A stretch of 64,000 nt of DNA, from contig CAYZNW010000002.1 in NCBI GenBank assembly GCA_964480345.1, positions 64,524 through 128,523 of the forward strand. Reading direction: 5' to 3'. The position numbers and the translations under genes were made by a program. Source of the stretch: an uncultured Candidatus Saccharibacteria bacterium (GTDB lineage Bacteria > Patescibacteriota > Dojkabacteria > SC72). Positions 35,640 through 45,293 of this stretch are shown piece after piece. Under the pieces are notes generated by a model. It ran no database searches. It saw only the letters and a list, made by a program, of their open reading frames with translations, and was not told the origin of the DNA. Position 1 is the first letter of the stretch. Every line of letters begins with the position of its first letter.

Positions 35640-37781
35640 ATGGAAAACAAGAAGAAATTTATACACATATCAATCCTAACTTTAATAGCCGTATCACTAG
35701 TATCAGCCATATCCATACTTCTTTACAACAACATAAAACAGAATAATCTAGAAAGAAAAACTCCTACAGACATACAAATAGCTAATACTACTCCAACTAC
35801 TACACAAATATATTGGAAAGCATCAAAAGATATACTGTACACACTCTCTTACAAACAGAAACAAAGTACCCTACCGTACAAAGATATGAAGAATTCAGAT
35901 ATCTTTTACGATATTCTCTCTTCAAAAAATGTTTACAGAGTAAATATAGATAATTTAACTCCCAACACAGAGTATATTTTCCGAATACAGATAAAAGATA
36001 ACACATGGTCGGAGTATTCATTCAAAACAAAAGATGTAAATAATGAAATACATATTCCAAATATAGTAACAGGGAAATCTACTCCTAAAAATTTTCTTCT
36101 TGTAAAAACAGATAGCGATACTTTAATGCTAGATACCCAATATCATGGAACATATGCTTTTGATTCTATGAATAAAGAGTACAGTATTGTTAACTATGCT
36201 GATTACACTCCTCAATTAGAATTAAACAAGAAATTTTGGAGTATGATAAATGGTACTGTTTATGCACAAGCTGGAGCTAACTGCAAAACTAATATAACTG
36301 TAAACTCCACAAGATATCCTCCAACTAAAGTAACTGTAGAACAGGTCCTCAGAAAGTGGGTACAGAACTGTGAAGGAGGCTCATACGGTCAGCAGTGCTA
36401 TGAAGATGTATATTGTAAATCATTAGAAGCTGGTATAAGTCCTGCATTTATGATGACGATCTGGTCAAATGAATCAGGAGGAAGCAACTATGCAGGGTTT
36501 AATTTAGATATTGAAGATTTTGGAATACATGGACTCGCCTCTGTTCCTCCAAAGGATTTCACTGCACAGATAGAGTGGTTTCTAAAGACTATAGCTACAG
36601 AAAAATATATATCTTCCTGCCCTGATGGAGAAGACAAATTAATACTGTGGGCTGCTAAATTCTGGACAGGTAAATGTGATAATGAGCAATCAATATTAAA
36701 AGGAAGAGAGTATATTAGCAGAATTAGTAATGTACATAGTTGGTATACTCAAAAACCTTTAGCATGGCCTTTCACTATAGAAAAAGTCGCTAATCCTTGT
36801 GATTACTCCTCAGCAATAACAAACTCCCAGTATAATAACTGTGATTCTACTTCGACCCCATCTCCTACACCTTCTCCTACTCCTACGCCATCTCCGTCAC
36901 CTACACCAAATCCAACGCCATCACCTGTACCAACTCCAGTACCTTCTCCAACACCTACGCCTCCTACTCCACCTACTCCAGGTCCAATAGATGGTAGTAG
37001 AGATGAGATGATTGTTACAGATAAAGATAGATACTGTTTAGATGCTGATGGATGCCAATGCCTATATGATATGAATAACGGCAATGCAGGATACAGAATG
37101 AACATAGACTTTGGATATACATGTACTCCTGATAGAAAATCAGTAAAAACTGAAGCCGTGTGTTGTGAAAACAACTCTAATAGATCATTAAAAATGCCGT
37201 ATGATTGCAACGGAGAAATTAGAAAAGATATAGATAACAACTCATGCTTCACAGAAACAATCGCATATAACTTTGATGCAGGAATCAATTTCATAACAGT
37301 TGCTGAAATAGTAGACTATTCAAAAACAGCAATAACTACTGCGAAAGGAATAATCCAGTATTCTAACAACAAAATAATAGCTGTAGGTAAATTCACAAAT
37401 GGCTCATGGATAGACATCATTAAATATGAAAATGGAGCCATCAATGGAAAAGACTTTACTTTAGAACCAGGAGAAACATATCTATTCATCTCATCAGAAA
37501 AGTTCTCCATCCAATCTTTAGGACGAAAAGTTCAAAATCAAAAAGACATATCATCTCTGACAGGATGGAATCTCATATCTGCGTCTACTCTGATTCAAAA
37601 TAACAGTACATCTACACAAATACTCGAACAAAACAGTACTTACAATATAGTGCAAGTCGCACTATGGAAAAAAGATAGTGCAAAATTCATATATACACTC
37701 AAAGATTCAGAGAACCAAATATATGGAGATGGAATAAATGTATTAACATCAGACTCTATATTTATAAAATTAGATAAATAA
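35640..37781 (+). CDS. Large secreted multidomain protein: FN3-like N-terminal domains, GH73-like (N-acetylglucosaminidase) region, Pro/Thr linker, one 6-Cys module, conserved C-terminal beta domain (paralog 1)
   Basis: N-terminal TM/signal; FN3-like strands (TQIYWKAS...YTLSYKQK...NLTPNTEYIFRIQ). IWSNESGGSNYAGFN...FGIHG resembles the GH73 ESGWG...N.FGIKG motif. PT linker TPSPTPSPTPTPSPSPTPNPTPSPVPTPVPSPTPTPPTPPTPGP. Cys module DRYCLDADGCQCLYD...GYTCTPDRK...VCCENN...YDCNG. C-terminal 200 aa align with the 39124 protein. Confidence 0.6.
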   Translation: MENKKKFIHISILTLIAVSLVSAISILLYNNIKQNNLERKTPTDIQIANTTPTTTQIYWKASKDILYTLSYKQKQSTLPYKDMKNSDIFYDILSSKNVYRVNIDNLTPNTEYIFRIQIKDNTWSEYSFKTKDVNNEIHIPNIVTGKSTPKNFLLVKTDSDTLMLDTQYHGTYAFDSMNKEYSIVNYADYTPQLELNKKFWSMINGTVYAQAGANCKTNITVNSTRYPPTKVTVEQVLRKWVQNCEGGSYGQQCYEDVYCKSLEAGISPAFMMTIWSNESGGSNYAGFNLDIEDFGIHGLASVPPKDFTAQIEWFLKTIATEKYISSCPDGEDKLILWAAKFWTGKCDNEQSILKGREYISRISNVHSWYTQKPLAWPFTIEKVANPCDYSSAITNSQYNNCDSTSTPSPTPSPTPTPSPSPTPNPTPSPVPTPVPSPTPTPPTPPTPGPIDGSRDEMIVTDKDRYCLDADGCQCLYDMNNGNAGYRMNIDFGYTCTPDRKSVKTEAVCCENNSNRSLKMPYDCNGEIRKDIDNNSCFTETIAYNFDAGINFITVAEIVDYSKTAITTAKGIIQYSNNKIIAVGKFTNGSWIDIIKYENGAINGKDFTLEPGETYLFISSEKFSIQSLGRKVQNQKDISSLTGWNLISASTLIQNNSTSTQILEQNSTYNIVQVALWKKDSAKFIYTLKDSENQIYGDGINVLTSDSIFIKLDK

Positions 37782-37783
37782 AT

Positions 37784-39061
37784 ATGGATACATACAACAA
37801 CTATGAGAAAGAAGATCAAGTTGCCATAGAATTAGAAGATGCAAAGTACCAAGAACAGCTAGGAGCGAGATTAACCCTTTCTCAACTAGCATCTATTTCT
37901 GAAAAGATAACAGCAGGAAACGAAATAAACAAAGAAGAATCTAAAGAGAATCTTAAAGAAGAAGCATCAAGAGAAATCTTTGAACAACAGACAAGAAATC
38001 TTATATACTTCACTCAAATATACCAACGAGCAGGACAGCTAGATAGAGATCCTACAACAAGAGATTTTCTAAATACATTTCCATCTAAAGGCATAGACCA
38101 TATAGCCGATCTTCATAATATTGCAAAACAGAAAGAAGTCAAAAGCCAGTCTACTCCAGAACAGAAAGCAGAGAAATTTTGGGAAGTATGGAAAGATTCT
38201 CAAATATTCCACCCTATAAAAAAGCAATTTACATACTCTGCACCAACAAAAAAAATTAAATTGGCAGAGAGCACAATCCTCTCACCAACTGAAGTAAAAA
38301 ACTCCTGGAATAACAACACATTAATGAGAGAGAAACTAGACAGAATACTTTACAATGCTCATAATCCGAAGAAATTAAAAGATATAGATGTTCATAAATA
38401 CTTAATCATCAACGATGTTAACATTATTTCAAATATCACTTTAGAAAACAGTAGATTACAGATAGTTCCATTAATTCATGGAATACATATACCTATCAAT
38501 TATCCAGAGGAACCTATGGAAATAATCTATTACAAAACTGGTACAGTACCAAACAGAGCAGACAATTTAAAAACATCACAAAAATTACAGCTATTTCTTT
38601 CAACACTCTGTACCAAAATGACAATAGATTCTCTCATAGATAAAGGTATAGTCACTTATACCGCTTGGGATTTATTAGATTCATCAAAAAAAGAATTCCC
38701 ACAATTTTCTAAACATAACATGTCATTTTCAAATCCATTTCTTAATAAGATGAATATAGAAGAGATATTAGAGCACTCCTTAGGGGACAGAAGCATACGA
38801 AATTCAGTAGTTACAACTATGTATAACCCTATTACAAACAGAAAACTGACATTAAGACCTAAAGATATCTTCCTTGGAGACAGAAAAGATATCCTCTGCG
38901 CATTATCAAAAATAGAAGAGATAACAAAATACTATATAGAGCATAAACAAGAATTGAAAAAGCTATCAAAATCGAAAGTAAAACATTACAATATGCCAAA
39001 GTTCACAACAGATAAAGAGCAGAGTGTTGAACCAGTACAATTAACATTAGATCTGTTTTAA
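37784..39061 (+). CDS. Hypothetical cytoplasmic protein (no signal peptide, no recognisable motif) embedded between the two paralogs
   Basis: 425 aa, hydrophilic, long uninterrupted frame starting 3 nt after the upstream stop. Confidence 0.45.
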   Translation: MDTYNNYEKEDQVAIELEDAKYQEQLGARLTLSQLASISEKITAGNEINKEESKENLKEEASREIFEQQTRNLIYFTQIYQRAGQLDRDPTTRDFLNTFPSKGIDHIADLHNIAKQKEVKSQSTPEQKAEKFWEVWKDSQIFHPIKKQFTYSAPTKKIKLAESTILSPTEVKNSWNNNTLMREKLDRILYNAHNPKKLKDIDVHKYLIINDVNIISNITLENSRLQIVPLIHGIHIPINYPEEPMEIIYYKTGTVPNRADNLKTSQKLQLFLSTLCTKMTIDSLIDKGIVTYTAWDLLDSSKKEFPQFSKHNMSFSNPFLNKMNIEEILEHSLGDRSIRNSVVTTMYNPITNRKLTLRPKDIFLGDRKDILCALSKIEEITKYYIEHKQELKKLSKSKVKHYNMPKFTTDKEQSVEPVQLTLDLF

Positions 39062-39123
39062 CATCTACAAGTTCTGAATAAAATATATTAGAATTATATA
39101 AGCTAATAAAATAATTAAAACAT

Positions 39124-41130
39124 ATGAAAAAAAATCTAAAAAAAGTGTGGCCTCGCTTAGGTATTGCTATGTTACTAACAATAGCTTTGTCATTACTGGT
39201 TCCTGATACTCTCAAAAAGTTAAAAACTATGGAAGAGAAGCCTATGCAAATTGTTGTTACTAACATATCGACTGTAGATGCAAAAATATTTTGGCAAACA
39301 GATACCAAATCTTCATACAAAGTTCATTACAAAGACTCTACTAACTCAGGAGTCTTCAAACAAGCAGATAGCATCACAGTATATGGAGATGAATCAAATA
39401 ATAGACCAATAACATATTCGGTAAAGATTGATAAATTAGAACCAAATACTAAATATGATTTTAGAATCTCCTCTTCAAATAAGATATGGGAGGAGAAATA
39501 TACATTTGAAACAGATCAAATTGGAGAGAAAGTAGATTTGCCAAAGACAATAACAGGTAAGGGAGATATTGAATCTCTCTATCTCCTTGATTCTGATGGG
39601 AGTAGATATATGTTTGATACTCAATATCACGGTACTTGGGCTTTTGATGCTAAGGAGAAGGAGTTTACGATAAAGAAATACGCTACATACTCACACAAAG
39701 ATAGCAAATTAACTTTACTAAAGAACAAACTCATTGGTAAATTGCTTGCTCATGAAGATTACAAGACAAAAGACGGTGTAAGAGATGGAATATTAATAAA
39801 TGATGCTAATCCAATAAGGCACTGTGCAGACGCAGATGGTTGTGTATGTATTTTCGGAGATCAGAATTCCACTGATAGAAGAGATATAAATATGGGGGAA
39901 TCATGCTCTAAAGATAGGACAGTGGCTGATTCTATGAGATGTTGTAGATCAGCAGATGGTACAACTGTAAAATGGATGAATGCTAAAGAGTGTTTAAGAG
40001 TTCCAACAAATACCATTAATTTGTATGAGGAACAGAGTGTATGTATAGAGAAGACTCCTACACCTATCCCTACTCCTCGTCCTACCCCTCCATCAAGCGA
40101 GCCTACAGTAATTCCAGGGTTTGATCCAAAGGTATATGCTAAGTTCCCATCAGATGGCTATGTATATGATGCGGAAGATATCTTCTTTAGATTAATTACG
40201 GGAGATTACAAAAACAAAGATAATGATGTTGACACGAATCTAGTAAATGAAGCATGGAGTTGGAGAAGGGTTTGCAAAGATGTTGATGGATGTATCTGTC
40301 AGTATCCAGATGGTTCAACTATCAGAGTAGTTGTAGGAGAGACCTGTATTAAGGATAGGCAGAAGGAAGACACCATGGAGTGTTGTTTGTATGAGAGCAG
40401 AACAAAGAGATCATATATTACAGTTAAAGAGTGTATGCAAAAGAGTGGTTTTGAAATAATAGAGCAATCTACAAAGGAGAAATGTGAGTCAGAGTATGTG
40501 TGTTGTTCACTAAATGGTAATTTGAAATATAAATTAGATGTGAATTGTCAAAAAGCAGGAGGTGTTTCAATATCTGGAGTAACTTCACAGAACTGTAAGG
40601 CTCAAACTAAAGAGATAGTGATATCTAAAGGTGTAAACTTCATCGAAGCATACTATATCCTTTCAGCTAATACCCCTATCAGAACAGCAAAGGAATTAAT
40701 CGTATTCTCTCAGAATAAAGTAACTGCTGTTGGAATATTTAGAAATGATAAATGGGAGAAGTTAGTAGTTCAAGAGAACGGTACTATTAGTGGAGAGGAC
40801 TTCCCTCTTCTACCTAATGAATCGTATTTGATAATTGCTACAGAAGAGGTAAAAATACCTACCTCAGTTGTTGTTTCGCAAAAGAGTATTAATCTAGCAG
40901 ATTATACTGGCTGGAACCTGTTTGCATCTTCATCAGTTACTTCATCTTCAGCAAGAACATCTGAGCAGATATTTAATGATGCTAAATACAATAATGTCAG
41001 GCAGATTGCACAGTGGAGCTCAGACTCCTCTAGTTTTAAATACGCTGTTAGAGATATAGATAACAGTCTTTACGGGGACAAGCTAACAATAACTGATCAA
41101 CAAGGAGTATTCATTAAAACAACGAAATAA
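39124..41130 (+). CDS. Large secreted multidomain protein: FN3-like N-terminus, two 6-Cys modules, short Pro/Thr linker, conserved C-terminal beta domain (paralog 2)
   Basis: Signal/TM. IFWQTDTKSSYKVHY...LEPNTKYDFRI (FN3-like). FDTQYHGTWAFD block shared with paralog 1. Cys modules IRHCADADGCVCIFGD...GESCSKDRT...RCCRSADG...KEC and RRVCKDVDGCICQYPDG...GETCIKDRQ...ECCLYES...KEC. Linker TPTPIPTPRPTPP. C-terminal VNFIEAYYILSAN...GWNLFASSS...FIKTTK parallels paralog 1. Confidence 0.6.
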   Translation: MKKNLKKVWPRLGIAMLLTIALSLLVPDTLKKLKTMEEKPMQIVVTNISTVDAKIFWQTDTKSSYKVHYKDSTNSGVFKQADSITVYGDESNNRPITYSVKIDKLEPNTKYDFRISSSNKIWEEKYTFETDQIGEKVDLPKTITGKGDIESLYLLDSDGSRYMFDTQYHGTWAFDAKEKEFTIKKYATYSHKDSKLTLLKNKLIGKLLAHEDYKTKDGVRDGILINDANPIRHCADADGCVCIFGDQNSTDRRDINMGESCSKDRTVADSMRCCRSADGTTVKWMNAKECLRVPTNTINLYEEQSVCIEKTPTPIPTPRPTPPSSEPTVIPGFDPKVYAKFPSDGYVYDAEDIFFRLITGDYKNKDNDVDTNLVNEAWSWRRVCKDVDGCICQYPDGSTIRVVVGETCIKDRQKEDTMECCLYESRTKRSYITVKECMQKSGFEIIEQSTKEKCESEYVCCSLNGNLKYKLDVNCQKAGGVSISGVTSQNCKAQTKEIVISKGVNFIEAYYILSANTPIRTAKELIVFSQNKVTAVGIFRNDKWEKLVVQENGTISGEDFPLLPNESYLIIATEEVKIPTSVVVSQKSINLADYTGWNLFASSSVTSSSARTSEQIFNDAKYNNVRQIAQWSSDSSSFKYAVRDIDNSLYGDKLTITDQQGVFIKTTK

Positions 41131-41155
41131 AAAGAACTAGATAAGGAGTTACTTC

Positions 41156-42811
41156 TTATCTAGCATTCTTTAGAAGCTTCATTAAAAGATCACCCTCTTC
41201 CTGAGTAGCAAATCTTGGCTGTAGATTACTTCCCATATATATAGGAGTAATTTTAGTCTGAACATATTTCCCATCATAGAAATAGTTAGACAAAACAAGA
41301 CCCTGTCTTGTACCTATCCATATTGACTGATCAAAGAAAAGATTTCCTAAACCGTAGAAAATCATCCCACCGTTGTATGACTCATATGTCTGAGGTTGGT
41401 GAGCTTGAGTCCCAACCACTATATTAGCCCCTAAATCAATTGCTTTTCTAAACACGCCTTTTTGATCTGGATTTCCAATAGGTTTGTAACAGATTGGATA
41501 GATCACATCAGAAGCAGGATAACAGTAACACTCTTGAAACTGAAAAGAGACGGTTACAACATCTGCTTTCTCTTTAGCTTCTTTAATATCCTTTTCTAAT
41601 TTCTCTACTGAGTACCAATTACCTCCTGCAGTTTTCTCTCCAGCTAAAGCGTATGTATGATTATATATAGAATCGTAATAGTTATAGCCAATAAAAGCTA
41701 ATTTTGTACCATTTACCTCTTTGTACAGTATCTTACTTGCATCCTCCTTATTTAAACCACCACCAAAATACTCCATGCCAAGAGCCTTATACATCTCAAT
41801 GCTTCGAGTGTTATTTGAACTACCAAAATCATTATTATGATTACCTGTTAGCTCTACGATATCTACTCCACTCCTTTTCAACACATCAATATGTTCATCT
41901 TTAGTACAAAATCTCATTCCATTACTCGCAGTACAATTACTTACAAAAGAAGCTTCATTGGAAACATGAGTCAAATCAGCATCTCCAAGAAAATCCCCTA
42001 AAACATCAGCAGGATATGTTGTACTTTTAACAGCTACCATCTTACTCAAAAGAGCCCGACTAATTGCTACAACTCCACCCATGTTTACCTTTGCTAACTT
42101 TGTTTCATCTATACTCTTCTCATACATATTTAGATTCTTTTTAATCACATCGAGTATAAATTCATCAGAAGAATCAATATTTGAAGCGTAGAATTTTAAT
42201 GAAACAGCTCCCTCAAAATCATCTAAGAAGTATTTCTCATCCAAAGTTAATATTTTTAAATCAAATCCAATATCTTTGAACTCCAATAAAGCTATCTTCT
42301 CAGTATCCTCTTTTAATTTTGTAATTAATGATTCGGCAGATTCTACAACTTCTGCTTCTATACCGTAAGAACTTTGTAAGAAATCTTTATACAAAGAGTT
42401 AAGAATATATACATGTTTGTTCTTTAATTCATCTAATTTAATAGAATCAGTTAATGAATATGTATGAACAACAGGAATCAAATCCAGTGATGCTAATACC
42501 TTTGCTTTTTCCTTCTCTTCAGTAGAGATAATAATCCCTTTATTGTTATCTACAAAATCAAATCTTTTTTTATCTTTATATTTAATAGGATCAAGAGAAT
42601 CGTAAATCTCTTTTTTAAATCCCTCTGCTACACTGCTGTCAAAAGAGACATCGTAAGTATCATACTTGACAGAGTATCTTCTAAATCCAAGTAGATCAGT
42701 AAAAATAACAGTAGGATTTCTTTTCTCAAAAATCCAAAGATAAAGGAAAGATAGTATGAGAGAGTAAAGAAGAATCTTAAACACTCTGCCAAATGATATT
42801 TTGTTTTTCAT
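41156..42811 (-). CDS. CapA/PgsA-family (poly-gamma-glutamate capsule synthesis-type) metallophosphoesterase-fold protein with N-terminal TM anchor and extra N-terminal domain
   Basis: ADLTHVSNEAS...GVDIVELTGNHNNDFG parallels the CapA ADLTxVNLE...GxDVVSLANNHxxDYG motifs. Has about 250 extra N-terminal residues. Confidence 0.65.
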   Translation of the reverse strand: MKNKISFGRVFKILLYSLILSFLYLWIFEKRNPTVIFTDLLGFRRYSVKYDTYDVSFDSSVAEGFKKEIYDSLDPIKYKDKKRFDFVDNNKGIIISTEEKEKAKVLASLDLIPVVHTYSLTDSIKLDELKNKHVYILNSLYKDFLQSSYGIEAEVVESAESLITKLKEDTEKIALLEFKDIGFDLKILTLDEKYFLDDFEGAVSLKFYASNIDSSDEFILDVIKKNLNMYEKSIDETKLAKVNMGGVVAISRALLSKMVAVKSTTYPADVLGDFLGDADLTHVSNEASFVSNCTASNGMRFCTKDEHIDVLKRSGVDIVELTGNHNNDFGSSNNTRSIEMYKALGMEYFGGGLNKEDASKILYKEVNGTKLAFIGYNYYDSIYNHTYALAGEKTAGGNWYSVEKLEKDIKEAKEKADVVTVSFQFQECYCYPASDVIYPICYKPIGNPDQKGVFRKAIDLGANIVVGTQAHQPQTYESYNGGMIFYGLGNLFFDQSIWIGTRQGLVLSNYFYDGKYVQTKITPIYMGSNLQPRFATQEEGDLLMKLLKNAR

Positions 42812-42873
42812 GCTATCATAGTAACATGAAATTAGTAGTTAAGCTATGCTAACTGTACACTATAGGCCTAATA

Positions 42874-42882
42874 TGGTATAAT
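42874..42882 (+). promoter_or_regulatory. Extended -10 promoter element TGGTATAAT upstream of the GH73-like gene
   Basis: TGnTATAAT at 42874-42882. Its position (5 nt before the track ORF start at 42887) implies translation starts at the downstream ATG 42920. Confidence 0.4.
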
Positions 42883-42919
42883 GTAGTTGTATTGCTTAAT
42901 TAATTTTAAAAGCAAACAT

Positions 42920-43507
42920 ATGAAATTCTTGCTCTTAAAAAGTAAAAGATTACTAGCAATTGCAACTGGAATTATATTTGCTGGAGTACTTGTTGTTACC
43001 TTTTCTGAGAAAATGACTATGGAGCTTGCAGAAGCTCATCAAACAGAGAATATTACTGAGTCCGTTCTTTCAGTAACAGAGGTAAATGTTAATGAAGATA
43101 TGAATATTGCTGAAGTTGAGAAAGAACCAGGTTATATTCCTGATGCTGAGAAGGTAGAAAGAGTACGAGTATATCTTGCAAACAGAAAATCTCCACTTGC
43201 TGATTATGCATTAGAATTTGTAAAAGCTTCTGATTTCTACGGTATTGACTACAGATTAGTAGCTTCGATATCTATTATGGAGTCAGGTGGTGGTAAACAC
43301 TGCTTTAAGCCTTACAATGCATGGGGATGGGGTAAAAAAGGTTTTGCTAACTGGACAGATGGTATCTGGACAGTATCAAAAGGTTTGGCTAAGTATTACC
43401 AAAATGGTCTTACTACACCAAAACTAATTAGTAAATTCTACTGTCCTTCTAATGCAGTAAACTGGGCTAACAAAGTTCAGTTTGTAATGAATGAAATTGC
43501 TAAGTAA
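42920..43507 (+). CDS. Small secreted GH73-like (FlgJ/AcmA-type N-acetylglucosaminidase) domain protein
   Basis: Signal/TM at N-terminus (MKFLLLKSKRLLAIATGIIFAGVLVV). SISIMESGGGKHCFKPYNAWGWGKKG matches the glucosaminidase ESGWG...N.FGIKG catalytic region. Start chosen at 42920 because of the promoter position. Confidence 0.45.
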   Translation: MKFLLLKSKRLLAIATGIIFAGVLVVTFSEKMTMELAEAHQTENITESVLSVTEVNVNEDMNIAEVEKEPGYIPDAEKVERVRVYLANRKSPLADYALEFVKASDFYGIDYRLVASISIMESGGGKHCFKPYNAWGWGKKGFANWTDGIWTVSKGLAKYYQNGLTTPKLISKFYCPSNAVNWANKVQFVMNEIAK

Positions 43508-43516
43508 AATTTTCAA

Positions 43517-43549
43517 AGGCCTAGTCTTATACTAGGCCTTTTTTTTTGT
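43517..43549 (+). terminator. Rho-independent terminator (AGGCCTAGT-CTTAT-ACTAGGCCT + T9)
   Basis: Perfect 9-bp stem with 5-nt loop followed by nine T residues, directly after the 42920 gene stop. Confidence 0.7.
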
Positions 43550-43551
43550 TT

Positions 43552-44232
43552 ATGGAACCAAAGACATTTCAATTCAAAAAATATCAGATAACTTTTTTTT
43601 GTAAGGAGGAGCTTAAGACTCTTATTAAAGAGATCTTCTCCCAGAGAATATATGATATAAAGCTTGATTCTAAAACTCCTATAATTATAGATGCAGGAGC
43701 TCATATTGGATTAAGTACTATATATTTCAAAGAACAATATCCTCAAGCAACTATTTTAGCTTTTGAGCCTAATCCCAATACTCTCCCTATATTAGAAGAG
43801 AACATAGAAATGAATTCGTTACAGAATGTACAGATATACGGTATCGCACTAGGGAAAAAGAAATGTAAGAGAGAATTTTATATTGATTCTTCAGGTAATT
43901 GTGCTTTCTCTACATCTAGCTTTAACAAAAATGCATGGAATGGTAAACAGCAAACAGTTCCAATTGAGGTTGAGGTTCATAAACTAAGTGAATATATTAA
44001 TACAGATATTGATTTACTAAAAGTAGATATAGAGGGTGCAGAAGAAGAGGTTTTAAAAGATTTAAAGCAAAGTGGGAAGATTAAATATATTAAGAATATA
44101 GTAGTAGAGTATCATCCTAATAAAAGGAAACCTTTAAACAAGCTGCTATCTGAATATTTTTCCGATATGGAAATAGAGACGAGAGAGCTAGGAGAGGGTT
44201 TAATCCTTATACTGGGAAAGAAAAGATTTTAA
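43552..44232 (+). CDS. FkbM-family SAM-dependent methyltransferase
   Basis: IIDAGAHIGLSTIYF...ILAFEPNP corresponds to the FkbM-domain motif (DxGAnxG...xFEP). Start set to the ATG at 43552 (the track uses an upstream TTG inside the terminator). Confidence 0.7.
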   Translation: MEPKTFQFKKYQITFFCKEELKTLIKEIFSQRIYDIKLDSKTPIIIDAGAHIGLSTIYFKEQYPQATILAFEPNPNTLPILEENIEMNSLQNVQIYGIALGKKKCKREFYIDSSGNCAFSTSSFNKNAWNGKQQTVPIEVEVHKLSEYINTDIDLLKVDIEGAEEEVLKDLKQSGKIKYIKNIVVEYHPNKRKPLNKLLSEYFSDMEIETRELGEGLILILGKKRF

Positions 44233-45231
44233 GAAAGAGAGAATCTTATTTCTATCTCTATTAAATATATTCATCAAAGCTTTAGCTAACTTATCACTAT
44301 CATGTCTAACGAGACTTCTAACGAGAACATCTCCTTTATCTTTCTTAATTGTTCCACTAGCGACTAAATCCTCTCTTATCACAACTGATTTTCTATTATC
44401 ACTCAAGTCATCTTTTATTAAATCTTCTCCATCTTCTAAATATCTCTCATATGCTTTTTGTGGAATCATTCCGTTATTAACAAGAACAAAATCAACTTTC
44501 CTTCCAATATATCTTTCCATTATCTTCAGACACTCTGACTGACCTTTACCACGAGTCTGTCCAATTTTACTCATTAGATTAGCAATATATATGATCTTTC
44601 CTTTAGATTCACAAATAGCATCCGATATTCCATTTACCAAAATATTTGGAATTGTTGTTGTATATATATCACCAGGACCAAGTATAATATAATCAGCTTT
44701 GAGGATTGCATCTATTGCATTTTGAGTAGGTTTAGCAGGAGAATCTAATGATACTTTAGTAATATTTTTATGCTCACTCGGCTCATCTATTAGATGCTCA
44801 CCTACTACACTACTTCCATCATCATACTGCGCAACTAATTTAACTTTATCTACTGTAACTGGAAGAATATCCCCTCTCACACCAAACATATTCTTAAACA
44901 TCTCGATAGATTCAATCTCCGAGCCTAAAGTATCTGCCATCGCTATCATCAACAAATTACCCAAAGTATGCCCCTTTATACCCTCCCCATTAGCAAATCT
45001 ATACATGAATAGTTTTCGAAGTACTTCGTTATCTCCATTAGTAGAAAGAGCTAGTATGGATTTACGCACATCGCTTAAAGGAAGAAGACCAAATTCATCT
45101 CGAATTACTGCATTACTACCCCCATCATCCATCATTCCCACTATGACTGAAAGACTTAAATCCTTATGCTTCTTTAATCCTTCTAATACTACAGAAGTAC
45201 CTGTTCCTCCACCAATTATAGTAATTTTCAT
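44200..45231 (-). CDS. YvcK/CofD-like (UPF0052, gluconeogenesis factor family) protein
   Basis: N-terminal MKITIIGGGTGTSVVLEGL plus GMMDDGGS and later GPGDIYTTTIPNIL motifs typical of the YvcK/CofD family. Start trimmed to comp 45231. Confidence 0.75.
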   Translation of the reverse strand: MKITIIGGGTGTSVVLEGLKKHKDLSLSVIVGMMDDGGSNAVIRDEFGLLPLSDVRKSILALSTNGDNEVLRKLFMYRFANGEGIKGHTLGNLLMIAMADTLGSEIESIEMFKNMFGVRGDILPVTVDKVKLVAQYDDGSSVVGEHLIDEPSEHKNITKVSLDSPAKPTQNAIDAILKADYIILGPGDIYTTTIPNILVNGISDAICESKGKIIYIANLMSKIGQTRGKGQSECLKIMERYIGRKVDFVLVNNGMIPQKAYERYLEDGEDLIKDDLSDNRKSVVIREDLVASGTIKKDKGDVLVRSLVRHDSDKLAKALMNIFNRDRNKILSFLKSFLSQYKD

Positions 45232-45293
45232 CAGGGCAAGTATAACATCTTTTATGGTATAATACGATAATAAAATAACCACAGACACGATAT

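Noticed and set aside
36803-37294. 163-aa minus-strand ORF with GVGG repeats
   Set aside because: It is the reverse-complement reading of the Pro/Thr linker in the 35640 gene (the reverse frame gives Gly/Val repeats) and is not an independent gene.
35640-43507. Calling the large secreted paralog locus a known defence or secretion system
   Set aside because: No ATPase, nuclease, toxin-antitoxin or secretion-machinery signatures were recognised. It is reported as a novel surface or cell-wall-targeting locus instead.
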